Shown here in pieces: positions 1-12,482 of a DNA stretch of 64,000 nt. Position numbers and translations under genes: made by a program. Source of the DNA: the human T2T-CHM13v2.0 reference genome, Homo sapiens; assembly GCF_009914755.1 (NCBI RefSeq), contig NC_060945.1. One strand, 5' to 3'. Under the pieces are notes generated by a model. It was not told the origin of the DNA and ran no database searches. It saw only the letters and a program-made list of their open reading frames with translations. Positions within the stretch are counted from its first letter, which is position 1. Each line of letters begins with the position of its first letter.

Positions 1-17
1 AAAAAAGAAAGAAAAAG

Positions 18-313
18 AAGTTTAATGGACTCACAGTTCTCCATGGCTGGGAAGGCCTCACAATCGTGGCAGAACGCGAAAGGCACTTCTTACATGGTGG
101 CAGCAAGAGAGAGAATGAGAGCCAAGCGAAAGGGGTTTCCCCTTATCAAACCATCAGATCTCGTGAGACTTATTCACTACCACGAGAACAGTATGGGGGA
201 AACCGCCCCCGTGATTCAATTATCTCCCACCAGGTCCCTCCCACAACACATGGGAATTATGGGAGCTACAATTCAATATGAGATTTGGGTGGGAACACAG
301 CCAGACCCTATCA
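18..313 (-). mobile_element. THE1-type MaLR LTR (partial)
   Basis: Reverse complement begins TGATAGGGTCTGGCTGTGTTCCCACCCAAATCTCATATTGAATTGTAGCTCCC, the THE1 LTR 5' end. Confidence 0.85.
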
Positions 314-1109
314 GGAGCCTTAGGGGAAAGAGACGGCTGATGCCTGCCCTGCTAGGTACCTTCTCCCCCAGTGTTTCCTCCACCTTCATGAGGATCCCCA
401 TCCTTCTCTTGCCTTGTGGGACAGTCCTGGCTGACTAATCACATTAATAGGAAAATGCTGAGTTCTCTCAGGGCAGTAAACAGACATCTTTGACCAATGG
501 CTAACAGGACTTGAGCTGGTCCTGCCAGCCAGATGTGTGCCACACTGTCTACCCGAAAACTCGCCCAATCCTCCCAGCACTCTTCTGCAGCCAGCACTGT
601 CCTCGCTCCATCCTGTGGAAAAGACTGAGGCTGGGAGAGGCTTGGCACTGCCAGGTTCCCGAGCCTGGCCACTGTGGAGTGGTTTTGACCAGGTCCAAAT
701 CCGTGCCCTTGTCCCTGACCCAACTCCGTGCCCTTGTCCCTGGCCCCTCGCTCCTGGCCCAGCACTCACAGTGGAGCCTGCAGCCCCTGCATGCAGGTCT
801 GGGTCTCCTGGGATTCTGTGACCCTCATAGCACTCCCCTAAGTCCCTGGCCAGTGGTGCACCAACACGCAACAGGAGACTTGCCACTGTGAGGAGCATCC
901 CTCCTCGTTCCCTCCCGCTGTGTGCAGCTTTGCAGGTGACAGAGCACGCTGTCTCTGTCAGGCAGGGAAGGAAACTCTCTGCTAGTGGGGTACAGTTCAA
1001 CCTGGGGAATATACTTATTGAGGGAAAATCCAAATTCCAGAGAATTTAAAAATAAATTTTATTATTTTCTAATAACCAAGCATTACTAGGGAAATGCGAT
1101 ATAAGTAGA

Positions 1110-1626
<517 letters not shown>

Positions 1627-2581
1627 GCAGCTTTCCCCGCCTGATGAAACTTGGGAGTTGCTGCCGCCCTCTGCCACAAGGTTGGCCGTGTCTTCCCCTG
1701 CCGCTCGCAGCTACACACGGTGCACGAGGCAAAGCAGCGGCCAGACGCCCTCTGAGCGTGATGGCGGGCAGGTGCCCCCACCAGAGAGCCCCAAGCCTGA
1801 GCACTATTCCTGTCCCTTCTAACTCTGCTGGGAGCCCCATCTTGCCTCCGGCGTCAGCCCCACCCCCCTCAGCTCAGCCTCAGCACCCCTGCAGCGGGGG
1901 AATCACAGCCGACTCCTTGAGGTCCCTCCCGGCAACGGTGCCCACTGCCCACTCTGCAGGGGACAGAGTGGAAGCCCCAAGAGGGACGAGAGGCTACAAG
2001 CTCTGGGGTGGGGGGTGAGGTCAGCCTGCGCTGGTCTGACCCAGTCCGACTCCTCAGGGCGGCCGGAGCCTGTGGTCGGGAGGCGTGCGGGGCTGTGCCC
2101 AGAGCAGCGGGTCGGTCTCTTTGGAGCACTTCCCTTCTGCGCGCGTCCAGCACCCCGGAATTGATTCACAGCCAGTCTGGGTCTGTTTTCTAACCAAGCG
2201 CCTTGCTCATGAGGCACGCTGGTGTCCTTTAGAAGGGACCCAAAGCTTAAAGTTGCCTTTGTCAGTTCCCTAAGAACCCACATAAAACTGGCCACGTCCA
2301 GGGCCTCTCCTGCCTCCCCGGCACGAAGCGGTGCGGAGCAGCAAGGCCAGCCTGGCCTCGCCAGGGAAAGCTCTGCCTCCAGCCTGGTCGAGGCCCTCCC
2401 CTCAGCAGAGGCAACCCTAACAGACTCCCTTTCCCAGGAGCTGACGGGCGAGTGCCTTAGAGCCCTGTTCTCAGAGCCAGGCAGGCCGCTGCGGAGGCTG
2501 TAGGGACCAAACAAAGTCAGGTCTGTGAAATGCTCGGCGCGGGGGCGCGGGGCCCGCAGGGAGTCCGGGTTCTCTACGTGT

Positions 2582-2785
2582 CCTCCCTCTGGCTTTCCTC
2601 ATCCCTTCCCTTCCTTCCTCCTCCCTCTCTCCTTCTTTCTCCTCCTCCTCCTCTTGTTGTTCTTCTTCTTCCTCCTTCCTGCTCCTCCTTCCTCTTCCTC
2701 TTCCTCCTCCTCCTCTTTCTTCTTCCCCTTCTTCTTCTTCCTCCCTCTCCTCCTCCCCCCCCCCCTTCTTCTTCTTTCTCCTTCC
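2582..2785. repeat. CT-rich low-complexity tract, (CCT/CTT)n
   Basis: About 200 nt of almost pure pyrimidine on the plus strand. Confidence 0.9.
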
Positions 2786-5037
2786 TCGACACCACAACAC
2801 AAAGCAGAATGAAATTCGTGCCATAGAGAAGTCCCGGCAAAATGCTGCCAGACCTGAAGAAATGGGGACTGCTTCCGCCTGGATGGCAGGGCTGGGGACA
2901 ATTATTGGAGGAGAGAGCAGGTGGCCTGCAGGGCTGGTGAAGGGTAAGAGGGACTTGTAAGAGCAGAGGTGGACCATGGCAGCCAGGGTGCACCCTCCCC
3001 TGCCGGGGCGTCGTGGAGCCTGAAGGTCAGCTGGAGGATGTGACACTTCAGGACGGTGTTGTGGGTCCCAAGAAATGCTCTGGAGCAGAGGCCGATGGCA
3101 GGATGAGGCCGGCAGCAAGGACAAAGTGCAGGAGTAGAAGAGGTTAGAAGGTGGCGAGGCTGGGCTAAGTGGGCCAGGGGAGGAGCCATGGGAGATTCCA
3201 GGGTTCCCAGCAAGGGGGCAGGGCAGGCGGGGGCCTGGCACCTCCAGGAGAGGCAGGAGAGGACCAGCAGGTCTGGGGAAATGGGCGCTGGCGTGGATTG
3301 ACGGAGAGTCCTGTGTGCTGAGCACTGCGGAGGCATGACTCACCCCTGATCCCCGAGGGGCAGACCGGGACTCAGGCCCAGATCTCATTGACACTGAGGC
3401 TTGCACCTCTGGCCACCAGCCTGCTGTCCCTGCACTGGGAGAAGTGGAGCCCCAGGCCCCTCACTTGGTACCCACGGGCTATTCAGGCCTGGCTCCCACT
3501 GCTACTGTCTCCCCTGGCGGGGATGCATACAAGGCTGGACTCTCGGCCTTTCCTGGGGCCTGAGCTAGTCCATGTCCTAGGAAGAGATGACCGTGGCCTC
3601 CGTTTTAACAAACACAGACTAGACCAGTTGTCCCCTGGCTGTCATGTCCTAACCCTCCCAGTGGGTGGTGGGACAGCACAACCCCTGGCCCTGAGCTGTA
3701 AGGGGAGGGGAGGCCCGCAGGGAGGTCGCCCATTGGGGAGGCCGCCACCACCCCAGGGAGGCCTGTTCAAGTAGGTCGCAGTGATGATTTCCGGTGGCAG
3801 GTCGCAACAGGCTGCGCTGGCTGTGAGAAATGAAGGAAAAATGTGCCCAGATAAGTAGAAGCGGTTCCTGGTGGCTTGGCAACCTCAGAGGCTGCCTGGC
3901 TGTCTGGTTAACCCCTTCCCTCCCGAAGTGTGGCCCAGAACACACGTGGGACTTCCAGGTCACCCTGCACCCCTGGGAAGCCAGGCACACTTGGTCCCCC
4001 TGAGTTCACTCCATGCAGAGTGGAAACGATGTTGCCTGTCCCCCAGTAGTGGAGGCCAGTAGGAGCTGGGATGGCGTGCACAGCCCTCAGCCCAGCGCAG
4101 ACAGGAAGAGCACGGGCAGGCTCCGTGGGGGCTCACAGCTCCCCAGGCACAGTGAGGGTGGAGGGGACCTTCAGGAGGGGTCAGACTATGGCCAAAACAT
4201 CACCCGGCAGACCCCACAGAGTCCACTGTGGCCCCTCCTTCCTGAGCCGGCCCTGCTGCTCCACCCCGGCGGCTGGAGCTGCTCATTACCGCCGCCTCCA
4301 CAGTGCCCTCCAGGAAAACCCACAGGGCCTCGCCCCACAGAGTGCTTCTGTGCCCGGGACCTCCCCGGCCCCTTTAGGAGTCTTTCTGATCTGCCGTCTT
4401 AGAAGCGCTCCCAGGAAGGTGTGGTCTTCAGGGCGCCCCCCCGAGCCACCCCTTCCCACAAACACGTTTCCTGGGAGCTGAGGTTTGGGCCACGCAGGGA
4501 ATTCTGACCAGGGAGACTTGGCTAAGTGTTCCCACCCGGCGCCTGTCTCCCAGCCAGACCCGGCCAGACGCTCTCATCAGCACCTCCTTCCCGTACTGGG
4601 GCCCCAGGGAGAAAGCTCTAAGCTACTGCCCAGCTGGCTCCAAAAGGGGTCCAGAAATCACTTTGAGGGTGACCCTGGGGCTGCTCCCTGCATCCCCACA
4701 TACCCCCCCCCATTTCCGACGAGCAGCACCTGCCCTGGGCACTCCCCAGCTTGCCCTCCTTCTCCTCGGCAGATGGGGCTTCCTGCTGATTCTTCCTGCA
4801 GGACAGTCAGGTGTGTGAGGGCGGGCCCTCCAGCCTGGGCACCTCCTCATGCGGCTCCCTTGGTGAGCCGCCATCACACAGAAGGCGGGTAGAGGGAAGA
4901 AGGCAGTGGACTTGGTGGTCCTGACCCTTGTAAACCTGAGGACAGGAAGTGAGCAGCGCTGTGCTGAGCTGGTGCCTCTGGGAAATGCTGGGCTCCCTGG
5001 GGCCTTGACTGTCCTGTTGGTGGCCAACTCCCTTGGC

Positions 5038-5108
5038 GTGTGGTCCTGTGCAGTACACGTCTATCAAACGACTGCAGACATGAATGAATGAATGAATGAA
5101 TGAATGAA
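5038..5108 (+). repeat. (TGAA)7, probably an L2 3' tail
   Basis: tgaa x7 at 5081-5108 preceded by degenerate L2-end-like sequence. Confidence 0.6.
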
Positions 5109-5354
5109 CGCTTTAGCCTGACTTCATACCACATAGGTAAGTTTCAGGATGTTAGCACAGCTAAAAAGCAATAGGGCAAATTACAAAACAAAAAAAGAAA
5201 GCCAAAAAAATACAAAACTGTCATGAGCACGCCTGGCCTCGTAGCAACCCACCAATGGGACTGGAAGAGTCACGTGAACACACACCCATTTGCTGGCTTT
5301 AGCTCATGTCCTGGCTGTACAGGACTTGCCTCTGTTTCGCAGCCATATTGCTGT

Positions 5355-5840
5355 TTAATTTATTCAGGGAGAATTCACATAGCATAAAACTGAGCACTCT
5401 AAAGTGAGCAATCCCTGGCACTTAGTGCACTCACAGTGTCATACAACCAGCCTCACCCTCTAGCTCCAAAACACCCCTTCTCACCCGAGTAAAACCCTGG
5501 CCCCATGAAACAGTGTCTCCCCAGCCAGCCCTTACAGCCACCAGTCTGTCTCTGTGGCTTCACTTGTTCTGATATAAAATGGGTGGTACCATATGTGGCC
5601 TCTCCACCTGCCATCTTTCACTCAGCACCGTGTTTGAAGGGTGTATCCACATGGTAGCCCGTATCAGAACTTCATTCCTTTTTATGGCTGAATAATATCC
5701 CATTGTAGGGGGAGACCACATTTTGTGAGTCCATTGATCTGTGGATGGGCATGGGGGCTATTTCCTCTTTCGGTCCTGTGGATAGTGCTGCTATGCAAAT
5801 ACACAGGTGTACATGTAGTCATTGGAGTCCCAATTCTTTG
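5355..5840 (-). mobile_element. L1MB/ME-type 3' end fragment
   Basis: cttcattcctttttatggctgaataatatcccattgt and related antisense L1M 3' motifs. Confidence 0.75.
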
Positions 5841-6888
5841 TACCATCAACAGTTTTTCATCGTTTATAAAACATTAGATCTGTAGAATGTCTACCTCAAC
5901 CTCCCTCCGTTTCCAGACATGACTTGACCAAGGGCACAGAGGGTCAGGAATGGCAGGGGCAGGCCTTGGACCAGGTCTTCTGACCACATCCTCCACTGCC
6001 ACGAGGATGAAGGTCCCCGTGGAAGGAAACGGAGGGTGTGACCCACTCGCCTTAGCAGGTTAGGCAACACCCACCGGGCCAGGCCGCAGGCAGTGCTGTT
6101 GAAGGCAGGGCCCCATCGCCTCCCACCACCCACTAAGGTCACAGGAGGCAGCCAGGCTTGCCCACACATGGGGGCAGCTAGAGGAAACCTGGTTAGGGCT
6201 TCAGAGAGGGGTCAAGGTTGAAGCCATCTGAGGGGTCAGAGGCAGGAGGCAAAGGGGCCTCTGCTTCCTTCAGCGGCGAATCCAGAGTCTGGGTGCATGG
6301 AGGCAAGCAAGAGGAACAGGCTCGTTAGAGAAGCCCCACCCAGTTACTCAGCACCTGGTAAACATCGATTATTCCCACTCCGGGCTAAAGGAAAGAGAAG
6401 GAAAATTCCCTGGTAATGCCACCTCCCCAAGCAGCCACCATGAGCCTTTGAGGGTTTGTGTGCATGGAAAGAGAAATCTGGTGTGGATGATTGTTCGTCA
6501 GTGGATCAGCTCTAAATCAATGGAGCGGGTTTTATGGTATCCCCTTGGTTTCACATCAACTAGGAGGTCACTTATGCACCTGGGACATCACCTTTTCTCC
6601 TCCATGAAAGCTGTGAAATTCTCAACACCTAGTCCAGCAGCTGGCATGTAGGGGGTATAGAAAAAATGCTTGTTGTAGGAACTAATGCTGAAACCCAAAG
6701 CGGCCCTCGTAGAAAGTAAAAGCAGATGCCCTTGATGCCTGTCATTCTAGGATCCCTCGGAGAGAAGGCACGCCCACCACTTCCCCACACCTCCCCCAGC
6801 CCCTGGCTCACTCATGTTCTGAGCCCTTTTGGACTCTCCTGCCGGCAAAAACAAGTTTAGGCAGCATTTTCGCCTCTGTCCTGTTAAT

Positions 6889-7145
6889 ATCTCAGTGGAT
6901 ATCTTAACTACAGAATAGACATAACCTCATTATAACAAATTAACTCAACTCAGCAACTAGAAGGGACAGTTCCCGTTTAAAGGTAACTAATGCTGAATAT
7001 ACCACAAAGAGATAGAAGATGGATACATGAACAGGAAGTTGAGATTTGACGGACAAAATTAAAAGGAGTTCTAGATTGAAAATCACTTTCCTTAGAATGT
7101 TGACAGCATTGTTCTCTTGCCTTCAAGCTTCCGTTTTTATTGTCT
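6889..7145 (+). repeat. Direct repeat copy A (~255 bp; partner 8490-8744)
   Basis: atctcagtggatatcttaacta...gccttcaagcttcc...tgtct shared; roughly 85-90% identity by eye. Confidence 0.9.
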
Positions 7146-8489
7146 GTGTCTCACCAAATCAGTAAATGCACACAGTGCAAAAAGTGAAAAACTCCGGGCA
7201 AGAAAACACAACGCATGAAGCCCTGCTCTCCCACCTGCTCATCCCCTAAATCCAGGTCTCACACCGCAGGCAGTCACACTCCAGTCTTGCAGCACTTTCT
7301 TCCAGTATTCTCCCCATCACATGCTTACACTGATGTTTGTTTGAATTTTTGTTTAAGATTTTATGTATTTATTCCCAACTAGGGAAGATGAAGATTTAGG
7401 GCTTTCATAACAGCCCCAGCCACACCCACAGCCACCCTATAGAGTTATGTCATCATTTACAATGAAATCAAAATCCACTGTTTGTACATCATTATGATTC
7501 AATGTGATTCCACCCAACCCAGGCCTGCTCATTTGGCTGGATGTTGAGTTCTAGCTTGGAGGAGGCATTCTTTGCTGCCAGTTGCATGGACTAAACATGA
7601 AAACATTCCTACCGTACAGCTAGAAGTGTTGGATAAAATGTGAGACTCCTTTTAAATAACTAGCTAAACATACAAGAAGAAAGGAGACAAAATCTCCAGG
7701 GGCCAAAAGAAGAGGGAAATAAAGCCTGAATAGTGAACATCGGCTGGGCTTAGATTGACTTGGGGATTGCATTAATATTGGCACCCAGGGACCTGGAGTT
7801 GAACACTCCAGAGACAGAAGATAAGCTCAGGGGCCCAAGTGAGGCAGGATATTATAAGCAAAATCCTTGAAGGGCCACCCTGAGAGGAAATATTTACCCA
7901 CCAGCAGAGGAAGATGACCTGAAAGCATATCTATCTCAGTCCATGCCAGGAGAAAAAAAAAAGAGAAGAGAAGAGAAAGAGAGGAGAGGAGAGGAGAGGA
8001 GAGGAGAGGAGAAGGGAATGCCTCTTAAGAGCTTGTAATGATGGGTCTGTCTTGTTCAGGTTTTGGATTTGAATTTATACTCCCTGCATAGTCCAGGACC
8101 CACAGAGCCACAGAATTAGCACAAAAATGATCACAGGCTGGCAAGACAACTGAGAGTCTTGCAAACACAAAATCTCTCAGTAAAGACAGCTTCAGCTCAA
8201 GCACAAAAGATTCTCACAGATAGAGTCCTACTGAAAATGAACTCACAATCCAAAATTATAAATCACACAAGGAAACAATCCACCAGCAGACCCAACAATC
8301 AGAGGAATTGGATCCCTAAGAACCCTAGGTAATAGGATTATCAGATGATGGCTTTTAACAGGTATGTTTACAATGATTACAGATATAAAACAAGGAAATG
8401 AGCACAAGATGCTACCAAGAAAACAAGGCAGATTCAGAAAGAATGGAGTAGAACATTGGGAAATGGAAAGTATAGTGAGTGAAATAAAA

Positions 8490-8744
8490 ATCTCAGTGGA
8501 TATCTTAACTATTGAATAGATATAGCCTCATTATAACAAAGTTAGCTCAACTCAGCAACTAGAATGAGCAGTTCCCATTTAAAGGTAACTTATGCAGAAT
8601 ATAGCACAACAGATAGAAAAATGGAAATATGAACAGGAAGTTGAGATTTGAAGGACAAAATTGAAAGTTCTAAATTGAAAATCACTTTCCTTAAAATGTT
8701 GACAGCATTGTTCTCTTGCCTTCAAGCTTCCCTTTTTGTTGTCT
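8490..8744 (+). repeat. Direct repeat copy B (~255 bp; partner 6889-7145)
   Basis: As for copy A. Confidence 0.9.
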
Positions 8745-9209
8745 AGAAGTCTGACGCATCTGATATCTGATTTAGCATCTTCTTGCACTCCACCTGAAAG
8801 CATTTAGGATCACCTCTCCAGCTCCATCCTAGAGTCACCTCCCCATCCCTGTCCTGGCATCACCACCCCATCCCCAACCTGGCATCCTTCCATGCTGGGC
8901 TTGCAATGGCTATTCTCCTAGCCATCACTCTAATCACTTGCTGAGCCCTCTTTATGTGAGATTCCTGTACTTTAGTTTGGAAACATTTTCTTCTTTTTCT
9001 TTTTTTGAAACTCCTATTATTGGGATGATGGGCCTCCTGGAATAATTCTCTAATTTTCTTTCCTTTCCTCTCCTATGTTCCACTTCTTTGTCTATTTGTT
9101 CTTCTTTCTCTGATAAATTCTTTTCTTTGCTTTCTTAGACTTATTTTCTACTTTTGAGAGTTTTATTTTTCTCATCACATTAAAAAAATTTCATTTCTGT
9201 TCTCTAAAT

Positions 9210-9213
<4 letters not shown>

Positions 9214-9267
<54 letters not shown>
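9214..9267. repeat. (AC)27 microsatellite
   Basis: Direct count. Confidence 0.97.
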
Positions 9268-9269
<2 letters not shown>

Positions 9270-12246
9270 CTGAGCCGGTGTTCATTAAAATGTATGTTCT
9301 GAGACATTATAGATTTTGAAAAAGTCTTCTTCTGATCCATACTTTGTTTTCTCTGCTTTTTTAATCTGCTTGTTGGATTGGTTAGGATGGTCGTGTCTTT
9401 GTCTTTCACGTTAGGGCTTTCTTTGTTCTAGTGGGCTCTCTGTTCGTTTTTCAGATGTCAGTTAGCAACAGATATTTGGAAGCTCTGTGTGTGTGGGAGA
9501 GCTTATCACTGGGTGACTGTCACTGCAGCATGATGGAGGGAACTTCTAAATGTCAGGTCTGCAGATCTTTTCCTGCTTGGAGGTGCTGAGAGAAGGGAGA
9601 GAGCCTGGAGGGGTGGAGGTGGGGTGCAGGTCACGTCTTAAGTACATAGAGTCTACCCGATTTCCTCCTGCTGAGTTGCTTCCCCCAGCCCCACTCTGGA
9701 TATGCCTGGAGTTGTGGGGTTCAGGCACATCTGGTTCAAACTTGTCCTGTCTGCTGATGGAGTGGAGAGTGGGAGGCCATCTGGGTGTCTACCTGCTCCT
9801 GGTGAGGGCGCTCAGGTAGTCCTCTTCTGTCCCACTCTTCTCTCTGTCCTTCAGAGTCTGGTGCCTCCACCCCTAAAGATTGACATTATTGTTGGTAGAT
9901 TGAATGGACGTAACATTATTCTGTCTAATGAGTATACATTTTCTAAATGCTTGTTTAGCTCATTGTGGTCTAGGAACAAATGGTTTTCAGAGCCACACGG
10001 CCCACAGACAGACTCACCACCTCCCGATGTGGTCTCCACCAGGCCAGTGGCTGGCCTATAAGTGACAACATCCAGCCACAGCCTCATTAGGGCACCAGGT
10101 GGGCTTGTCAGGTCGCACACCTTGGCTGATCGGCAAATGAAGGGAAACGCCAGCACATCTCCGTCCACCATTATCGTGAGAGGGCACTTTCCAGCTCTTC
10201 TTTGGGGACACATCCCTCCGCACCTTCCCTCCCTTCCTCCTCCTCCATGCACCCCTTCCCGTTCACCGTGAAGAGACCAGCTGGGCTGGCTCCTCAGCAG
10301 ACCCCTCCTCAGGAGGTCTGGTCTGGCTTCACTGAGCCCACAAAGGTGATGGGTTTGGCTGTGTGCCAGCACGCGGCCATGCCCTCCCCTGGTCTCCAGC
10401 ATCATCCCACTTATAAAGAGTCATTCCTTGAAGGCAAAGATGGGGTCCCACATCACCCAGTGTCCTTCCCCGCACCAGCCAAGGTCACCCTCGAAGAGCA
10501 AGTTCTTCCCCACAGCCACCAGGAAAGATGGAAAGGAAAAGGAGAGGCTCTGCCTGAGTTCCACAGCCCAGGAGGAGGCCACCCTGTCCTTTCTCCTGGA
10601 GCAAGGGCAGCCTCCCCACCGGCCCCACCTGCAGAGCTGCCGGGTGCCACCTCCCTGAGTCTAGTTTTTCCAGTAGCACCACTGGGACCAGGAAGTGATG
10701 TAAGGAGGAAGGAAGACACCTCAGGGAGGCCAGCTTCCTCTGGGTTGCCTCAGAGGGGCTGAGGTTGCTGAAACCTCCAGGCTCCATTCCAAGGGGTGAG
10801 GTCCGCCCAAACATGACAACGTAAAGGGAGGTCCTCCCCGACCCTCAAGTCCCACTCTCTGGGGCCAGCCCTGCTCACGCTTTGGGGAGCACCTTTCTGA
10901 AGAGCTCCACACAGCTGTACATTGATACTGTCGAGTTTACATCGTGTTGTGCAGAGAAATGAGAAGTCGAGAATTCATCCTGCTCCACCGGCTTCCTCAC
11001 CTTCTCTTGCATTTTCTTCTTAATCTAGCATCCAATGCATTTTTTTTTTTAATTTAAGCTTCCTTCCTTTGTGTGCTAACATTTTACATGTAGATCCTAG
11101 CACATTTCTTTAGGCAAGGAAACAGACCCTTTGTTGAGCACCGTCATCCTGGCCACTGCAGTTGCCTGGGAGGCTCCGGAAGGTTTTTTGACTCCTGAAG
11201 CCAGCTGAGGCAGCCACCTGAGCAAGGGCGTTGTTCATCCCAGGGCTCACCCTCATTCAGGGCCATGACCTTTTCTAGTAAGTGTGCACTCTCTTAGGTC
11301 CCACCCTGTGTCACCCGGACTCTCTTGGAGTTCGGTATGTGGAGATGACTTTCTTCCTCACTCTGGATGCAATTTGGGAACTACACCGAGGATTGTGGCC
11401 AGGGGCTCTTCCCTCACCTCTGACGGATCCAGTAGGTGGTCCCAGATTCTCACTCTGACCCACCCACTATGACTTCAAAGCTGCTGTGCACAGTTACCAC
11501 TGCTGGGCAGACCTTCCAGAATCTTCCAGAACATCCCATGATTCAGAGGGAAGACACCCTGGATGAGGGAGTCCTCCATTTTTCCGAGCAAATGCACGTG
11601 TTCTACACACAACTCCAGGTCATTCTCCAGTGGTACCTGAGCCCTCCATAGGGCCCCTGTGAGGGATCCTGGGTGGGGACTTCTGTGACTGTGACAGCTG
11701 GCCTCTGGGCCACCTTTTCCAGAAACAGCATTCCTGATTCTCCCTTGGGAAACCATCACCTCCACATTCAGGGTGGCGTCTGCCAGCCTGGCCCAGCCCG
11801 GGCTGTGGGAACACTCCCTCCCCGGGCTGACATGCTTGGTTTTGAGGATGGGCGCAACCTGCTGTGGGGCCACCACACTGCATCCACTCTGAGACGCCAT
11901 GAATTCTAATCCTAAATGTACCATTGTCCTGATCACCTCCAAAATAGGAAAAAATGCTGCCAATGACAATTGTAAGAGGCCATTGACTCCCTCATAGCTG
12001 TTAGAATGCAGAAAAAATAGCATCTAAGGAACTACGAATGATTTTTAATCTGGGGCTTGGGAAAGGGGAACTATTGGGAGAAAGAAGTTCTCTTTGCACT
12101 GAGATCCTCAGGCCATTTAACCTTGGAGACAAGAAGACAGGGATATATTTTGCAAAGGACTTGCCCATTACTAAAGGTGACACAGGGGAAAGGAGACACT
12201 AAACATCTGGATCCAGCCATTTCTGACACTGGATTTCATGAAGCAG

Positions 12247-12248
<2 letters not shown>

Positions 12249-12278
<30 letters not shown>

Positions 12279-12414
12279 CTTCTTCTTCTTCTTCTTCTTC
12301 TTCTTCTTCTTCTTCTTCTTCTTCTTCTTCTTCTTCTTCTTCTTCTTCTTCTTCTTCTTCTTCTTCTTCTTCTTCTTCTTCTTCTTCTTCTTCTTCTTTC
12401 TTCTTCTTCTTCTT

Positions 12415-12477
<63 letters not shown>
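12249..12477. repeat. Compound trinucleotide repeat (CTT)50 T (CTT)15 (ATT)11
   Basis: Direct count: 12249-12398, 12400-12444, 12445-12477. Confidence 0.97.

Positions 12478-12482
<5 letters not shown>

Larger units (their letters stand above)
7570..9460. mobile_element. Old L1/HAL1-like 5'/ORF1 remnants: sense ~7570-8665, antisense ~8666-9460
   Basis: A-rich ORF1-like segment switches to a T-rich antisense ORF1-like segment; contains (GAGAG)n at ~7960-8012. Confidence 0.45.

Noticed and set aside
386-1033. 215-aa minus-strand ORF
   Set aside because: Non-ATG start, no recognisable motif; extended by GC richness and a 25-bp tandem duplication at ~701-746.
2471-3406. 311-aa and overlapping ORFs with poly-E/K/R
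   Set aside because: Low-complexity CT tract in GC-rich DNA; open in several frames; no domain.
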